A program made the position numbers and the translations under genes. A DNA stretch of 19,326 nucleotides, taken from contig JANLPS010000540.1 of assembly GCA_031367385.1 (NCBI GenBank), positions 1 to 19,326 on the forward strand. Reading direction: 5' to 3'. This DNA comes from Archangium sp. GTDB lineage: Bacteria > Myxococcota > Myxococcia > Myxococcales > Myxococcaceae. The notes beneath the pieces are model-generated. The model did not search any database and had not been told where the DNA came from. It worked only from the letters and a program-made list of their open reading frames with translations. Shown here piece after piece: positions 15,183 through 19,326 of this stretch. Within the stretch, counting starts at the first letter, position 1. Each line of letters starts with the position of its first letter.

Positions 15183-15683
15183 GCCCAGCCTTCTACGAGA
15201 GGGGTGGGCCGACGACCAGAGCTGAAGTCGGCAGCGGGCCTGGCGGGCCCACCCGGGAGCCTTTCGCGGCGACGTTTGCGTTCACTTGGCGTGCGAGGCG
15301 AGGGCCGTCGCGCCAGCCGGGGCCTTCAAGCGGGCTCGCTGCCAACGACACTTCGCCCGAACGCAGAAACATCGCATCGACCAGCGCGGGCCCGGCAAAA
15401 AATGCATCGACGACCTGCGCGTGGCCCGACGACATCAGGCCTGAGATCAGCTGCTCAGCTCTGAGCCAATTCTTCGGCCAGCCAGTCGTCACGGCGAAAC
15501 AGGCTTAAAACGTGAGTCGAGTCGGCCTTGCTCCTGGCGCCCAAAGTCGGAGCCCTTGGCGTCTCTGAGCGAGAGCCGATTGGTATTGAGCGCTTGCGAA
15601 TCACGTTTACGGTCTCACTTTTTGAGAAGATGAGTCTTCGGTGGGCCCCCTCGACAATCTGATCGGAAGTCGTGCATGAAGTC

Positions 15684-15710
15684 GCAACTCGGCAGGCAAT
15701 TCGCCGATGA
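15684..15710 (+). promoter_or_regulatory. Possible sigma28/FliA-type promoter GCAA-N15-GCCGATGA
   Basis: GCCGATGA (15703-15710) compares with consensus GCCGATAA, with correct spacing to a weak -35, about 75 bp before the PLD start. Confidence 0.3.
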
Positions 15711-15783
15711 AGGCCCTTGTAGTAGAACAAAGCTTTGCACCTGATTTCTCAACCGCTACTCACCCAACGAAGGAATGTCTCAC

Positions 15784-18021
15784 ATGGCCAATACAATCGC
15801 AGGCGCCCCCCCCGGACTTGACCCGATCCTGTTTCAGGCCGCGAATAAAGTGGTCAAGGGCGAGAAAGACATTCTCGGGTTCATCAGCGGCAACGATTTG
15901 AGTGTGCTCGCCAAGTCTGAGCTTCGCGGCGACTCGTACTACCCGGACAAAATGCGCCTGCCGCTGCCCGTACCCGGGTTCCTCATGAAGGAGAAAATTG
16001 GCGTTTCGCCCAGCGAGCTGGTCGATATTCTGTCTGAGGCGGGCGTCAAGAAACTGGAAGGTCAGAAAGTCGAACTGTCGTACGACCCGGGCGCCAAGCG
16101 CAAAGATGACACCGGCCGCGGTGTCTTCTTCGTACGCGTCTACGAGCCGAACCCGACCGGCACGATGGACGTGAATGGCAACCCTGCCAGCAACGTCAAC
16201 ATCCCCGGCCAGTGGCTTGAGATCAGCCCCAAGGTTCGGGCTGAGAAGAAGCCGGTCGACACCCTCGGGGGCCACAAGAAGCCGATCGCTGAGCGGGTCG
16301 GCGATGCGGTTGGTAAATACTCGAGTGATCCTCGCATGGGTCCCGTCAAGAAGACCCTTGGCAAGATTGTCTCGCTGCAAGACGTGAACGGCCAACCTCC
16401 AAGCGTGGAGAGCCAGATGCAGCAGGTGCTCGATGCAGCGAAGCCGGGCCCCAACGGCGCGCCGTCGAAGCTTGACGTGACGTGCATGGAGATGGCGGCG
16501 CTGACCGTGAAAGCCTCAGACAAGACCGCAGACGGTCAGATCGACTGGGCCAAGCCGGGCGTGGCTGAGAAGGTCGTCGGCATGTCAACCATGATTAAAC
16601 AGGGCTTGCTCGGTAACGCGATGCGCGTGCTCGCCAAGAACCCTGTCGACGGTACTCCCATGTACAAGTCGCTCGAAAAGATCGCGGCCGAGGTGACCAG
16701 CGCGGTCAACGCCAGCGACAAGGCGTCCCCGGGTCAGCACACCGAGATGACCAACCCGAAATTCAAGTCTGAGTTCGAGGGCCTGGTGGGCGGTAAGTTC
16801 GTCAAGACCGAAGCGCCGACGCTGATCGGCAACGGCCAGAACGAAGTGGCTTTGGCTGAGCATTTGAAGGCGATGAAAGAGGCCAAGTCAGACATCAATC
16901 AGCCGATGTGGGAGTACTACAACGACGACGTTGGTATCCAGACGACAAATGAACTTGCCGCCGCTGCCAAGCGTGGTGTCAAGGTCAACGTGGTCGTCGA
17001 CGGGAACGTCGCATCGCGCGACGCGGGCAGAGAGGCGCTCCTGAAGAAGATGGAGGACGCTGGCGTGACCGTGGTCAGAGCAAAAGACCCCCAAAACCCG
17101 ATGAACGGCATGCACTCGAAGGGTTTGCTGGTCGACTGTTCTGCCGAAGCGATCGCCAAGGGCTACACCCCGGTGCGTTTTGCCACCGACCGCAACTACG
17201 GCACCCAGTACATGAAGGACCAGAAGACCGGCGAAGGCGCGAGCGACGCGCAGTTTGGATGGTCGGGAACTGACTTCAAGTTCACCGGTGCTGGCGCGGC
17301 TCAGGGTATGCGTTCGTTCGCAAACGTGTTTAACGCGTATGCTCCGCCCGCGAAGCAGATCAAGCCGGAGTCGATCCCCGGCGAGGCTGAGTTCAAGAAG
17401 CTCTCTGCCGGCAAGACACTCGACACCGAAGTGGTGTCGTTCAGCGACGTGTCAGGCCCGAACAGCCCGCAATCGATCTCCAAGGCGATCGAGAAGGCGA
17501 GCAACGCCGTATTGCCTGGCCAGACCCTTGTGGCTTGCAATGCTTACTTCATGGGCCTGCCGGGAGTTGAGGAAACCTACAAGCGAGCGATAGACCGCGG
17601 CGTCAACCTTGATCTCGCTACCAACAGCAGCAAGAGCATCGACGTGCCGGTTGTCAGCGTAGGCATCAACATGATGGTCGAACGCCTGATGAAATATGCA
17701 CAGGAAGCAAGGGTGCACAATTCGAATGCGGGCAAGATCACGGTTTCCGAGTACGACGAGAAGCAAACCATGCATGACAAGACGATGATCTTCGGCGACC
17801 AAGCGGTGCTTCGCATGAGCTGGAACCAGCACGGTCGCAGCCAAGAGCTCGAGTCGGAAGACGCCGACATGATCTTCGGCAAGAAGGCCGTCGCGGACGC
17901 CAAAGCAAACTTCCAGCGCGTGAAGGCCCACTCGAAAGAGCTGACCGCTCCCCCGGTCGTGACGCAAGAAGAGCGAGGCGCCGCGGGCGCAATGCGCAAC
18001 CTCCTCATTGACTTGATGTAA
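15784..18021 (+). CDS. Phospholipase D-superfamily protein (two HKD motifs) with long uncharacterised N-terminal region
   Basis: AAAKRGVKVNVVVDG, MHSKGLLVD, NAYF, AIDRGVNL and MHDKTMIFGD...SWN. AAGGA at 15770-15774 favours ATG 15784 over 15775. Confidence 0.88.
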   Translation: MANTIAGAPPGLDPILFQAANKVVKGEKDILGFISGNDLSVLAKSELRGDSYYPDKMRLPLPVPGFLMKEKIGVSPSELVDILSEAGVKKLEGQKVELSYDPGAKRKDDTGRGVFFVRVYEPNPTGTMDVNGNPASNVNIPGQWLEISPKVRAEKKPVDTLGGHKKPIAERVGDAVGKYSSDPRMGPVKKTLGKIVSLQDVNGQPPSVESQMQQVLDAAKPGPNGAPSKLDVTCMEMAALTVKASDKTADGQIDWAKPGVAEKVVGMSTMIKQGLLGNAMRVLAKNPVDGTPMYKSLEKIAAEVTSAVNASDKASPGQHTEMTNPKFKSEFEGLVGGKFVKTEAPTLIGNGQNEVALAEHLKAMKEAKSDINQPMWEYYNDDVGIQTTNELAAAAKRGVKVNVVVDGNVASRDAGREALLKKMEDAGVTVVRAKDPQNPMNGMHSKGLLVDCSAEAIAKGYTPVRFATDRNYGTQYMKDQKTGEGASDAQFGWSGTDFKFTGAGAAQGMRSFANVFNAYAPPAKQIKPESIPGEAEFKKLSAGKTLDTEVVSFSDVSGPNSPQSISKAIEKASNAVLPGQTLVACNAYFMGLPGVEETYKRAIDRGVNLDLATNSSKSIDVPVVSVGINMMVERLMKYAQEARVHNSNAGKITVSEYDEKQTMHDKTMIFGDQAVLRMSWNQHGRSQELESEDADMIFGKKAVADAKANFQRVKAHSKELTAPPVVTQEERGAAGAMRNLLIDLM

Positions 18022-18157
18022 GCGACTCGGCGAGTCAATTGATGAATGGAGTGCCTGGTTCACCCTCGTGGTGTACCAGGCATTTTTTTTGGGTCAGGCC
18101 CGCGATGACTGTGGTGCCCGGCTTTCGCAGGAGGGCAAAACCAAGTAGCCAGCTCCG

Positions 18158-19326
18158 ATGACGACGACTCGATGCCTCGCAGTTGGTATTTTGATTTTGG
18201 CGGCGTGCGACGGCAGAGAGCCGATAGCCGTTCGCCCCGAGAGCGGCACCGGCGGTGGCTCAGCGGCCGACGCTCAGATTCGTGGCGACGCCGGCCCCAT
18301 GACGACCGTCGATGCGGGCGCTTTCGATGCGGGCGCTTTCGATGCTGGGCCCAGCGCGCCATTCGACGCGGGCACCGAGCCTGCGATCGCGATTCGCCCC
18401 GTGCCCGGCGAGCTCACCGTCTACCAACTCGACATGCCGATACCGACGCCGATACCGACTGAAACGCCCACCGGTGAAGCGGCGATCGTCGTCGGGCCCG
18501 ACGGCACGCTGGTGTTGATCGACGTCGGCAACAGCTTTCACAACGAGACCGTGCTCAACGCGGTCAAGGCGCTCAACACCACTGAGCTCACCGTGGCGCG
18601 CGGCTATTCGGCGCGAGCTCCGCTCCAGGTGGAGTGGATCGTGATCACCCACCTACACAGCGATCACATGGCGGGCCTCGCGGGCCTGCTCACCGGTGCG
18701 ACTCCGCTCACGGTGACCAAGGGCATCGTCTACCGCGGGTTGGTTGACCTGGGCAGCTCGCTCTCGCTGAGCAAGGGCAAGACCTCTCATGCGCACTACG
18801 ACTCGTTCTGCCCGGTCGTTCGCGGCGCTTTCGCCTCGGTCGACAAGCCGCTCTGTCACTCCGCCGACGTGCCCTCGTGCGTCTCGCAAGACTGGGGCGC
18901 GAACCACTACCCGGCGACTGATTGCAACGGGCTGATCACCGGAGATCTCTCGACCACCGCCGACGACGCCAGCGGCGAGTCGAGCTTCATTTCACTGGGC
19001 GGCAGCACCCGCATGACCTTTCTGGGTGCCGACGGGCACGCCCACGAGGGCAACAGCGTCGTCGAGTTCACCCCGGCGTGGGGCTACGACGACAATGATC
19101 AAGAGAACGCGCGGTCGCTCGTCGGCCTGATCACCCACGGCGCCTTTCGCTACGTCTTCGCGGGCGATTTGACCGGCTCGGGCAGCTCCGACGCGCCTGA
19201 TCTCGAATCGTTCTACGTGACCCACCTGGGCTCGAATTGGGGCCCGCTGGGCATCGACATCGCCCACGCCAACCACCACGCCCGAAAGACCTCGAACGGC
19301 CCCAGCTACACCGCCTCGCTCGCGCC
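18158..19326 (+). CDS. Lipoprotein with ComEC/Rec2-like metallo-beta-lactamase domain (3' truncated, absent from ORF track)
   Basis: ATG 18158 MTTTRCLAVGILILAAC lipobox and DAG linker, then GPDGTLVLIDVG, ITHLHSDHMAG, ENARSL, FAGDLTG and ANHH..KTS. The frame stays open to the window end. Confidence 0.88.
   Translation, partial: MTTTRCLAVGILILAACDGREPIAVRPESGTGGGSAADAQIRGDAGPMTTVDAGAFDAGAFDAGPSAPFDAGTEPAIAIRPVPGELTVYQLDMPIPTPIPTETPTGEAAIVVGPDGTLVLIDVGNSFHNETVLNAVKALNTTELTVARGYSARAPLQVEWIVITHLHSDHMAGLAGLLTGATPLTVTKGIVYRGLVDLGSSLSLSKGKTSHAHYDSFCPVVRGAFASVDKPLCHSADVPSCVSQDWGANHYPATDCNGLITGDLSTTADDASGESSFISLGGSTRMTFLGADGHAHEGNSVVEFTPAWGYDDNDQENARSLVGLITHGAFRYVFAGDLTGSGSSDAPDLESFYVTHLGSNWGPLGIDIAHANHHARKTSNGPSYTASLA
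18309..18345 (+). repeat. 15-bp tandem repeat TCGATGCGGGCGCTT (about 2.5 copies; DAGAF)
   Basis: Units at 18309-18323 and 18324-18338, partial copy at 18339-18345. Confidence 0.85.
18436..18459 (+). repeat. Exact 12-bp tandem duplication GCCGATACCGAC (PIPT x2)
   Basis: Units at 18436-18447 and 18448-18459, in frame inside the MBL domain. Confidence 0.85.

Noticed and set aside
15193..15492. 99-aa minus-strand ORF and CTGAG/CTCAG palindromes at 15435-15466
   Set aside because: No recognisable motif and no clear coding bias. The short palindromes could be chance, although a degraded gene cannot be excluded.
15690..15704. Sigma54-like GG-N10-GC (CGGCAGGCAATTCGC)
   Set aside because: Poor match to TGGCACG/TTGC. 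The overlapping sigma28-like reading fits slightly better, but both are weak.
18024..18036. Hairpin GACTC-GGC-GAGTC after the PLD stop as a terminator
   Set aside because: The stem is only 5 bp and there is no U-tract.

Overview
High-GC bacterial DNA whose gene content looks myxobacterial (inferred from DAG/DGG-linker lipoproteins, VIT-vWA, multiple ECF sigma factors and Cys-rich lipoproteins). The window opens on the right end of an IS4-family element. It continues with an alpha/beta hydrolase, a glutathione peroxidase, and a coupled minus-strand operon (lipoprotein, DUF1624-like membrane protein, frameshifted OmpA-domain gene). Next come a DUF2892 + ECF sigma pair behind a symmetric operator array, and a VIT-vWA / divergent ECF sigma / 76-aa ORF unit behind an ECF-type promoter. 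These are followed by small Cys-rich lipoproteins and a gene remnant, then DprE1/DprE2 homologues downstream of a discoidin-domain, GT-C-like membrane protein (candidate arabinofuranosylation system). The window ends with a large orphan two-HKD phospholipase D and a truncated ComEC-like metallo-beta-lactamase lipoprotein that the ORF track misses. An 18-bp YTGAAY-N6-RTTCAR palindrome recurs at two separate loci. All family calls come from motif recognition by eye; no database search was run.
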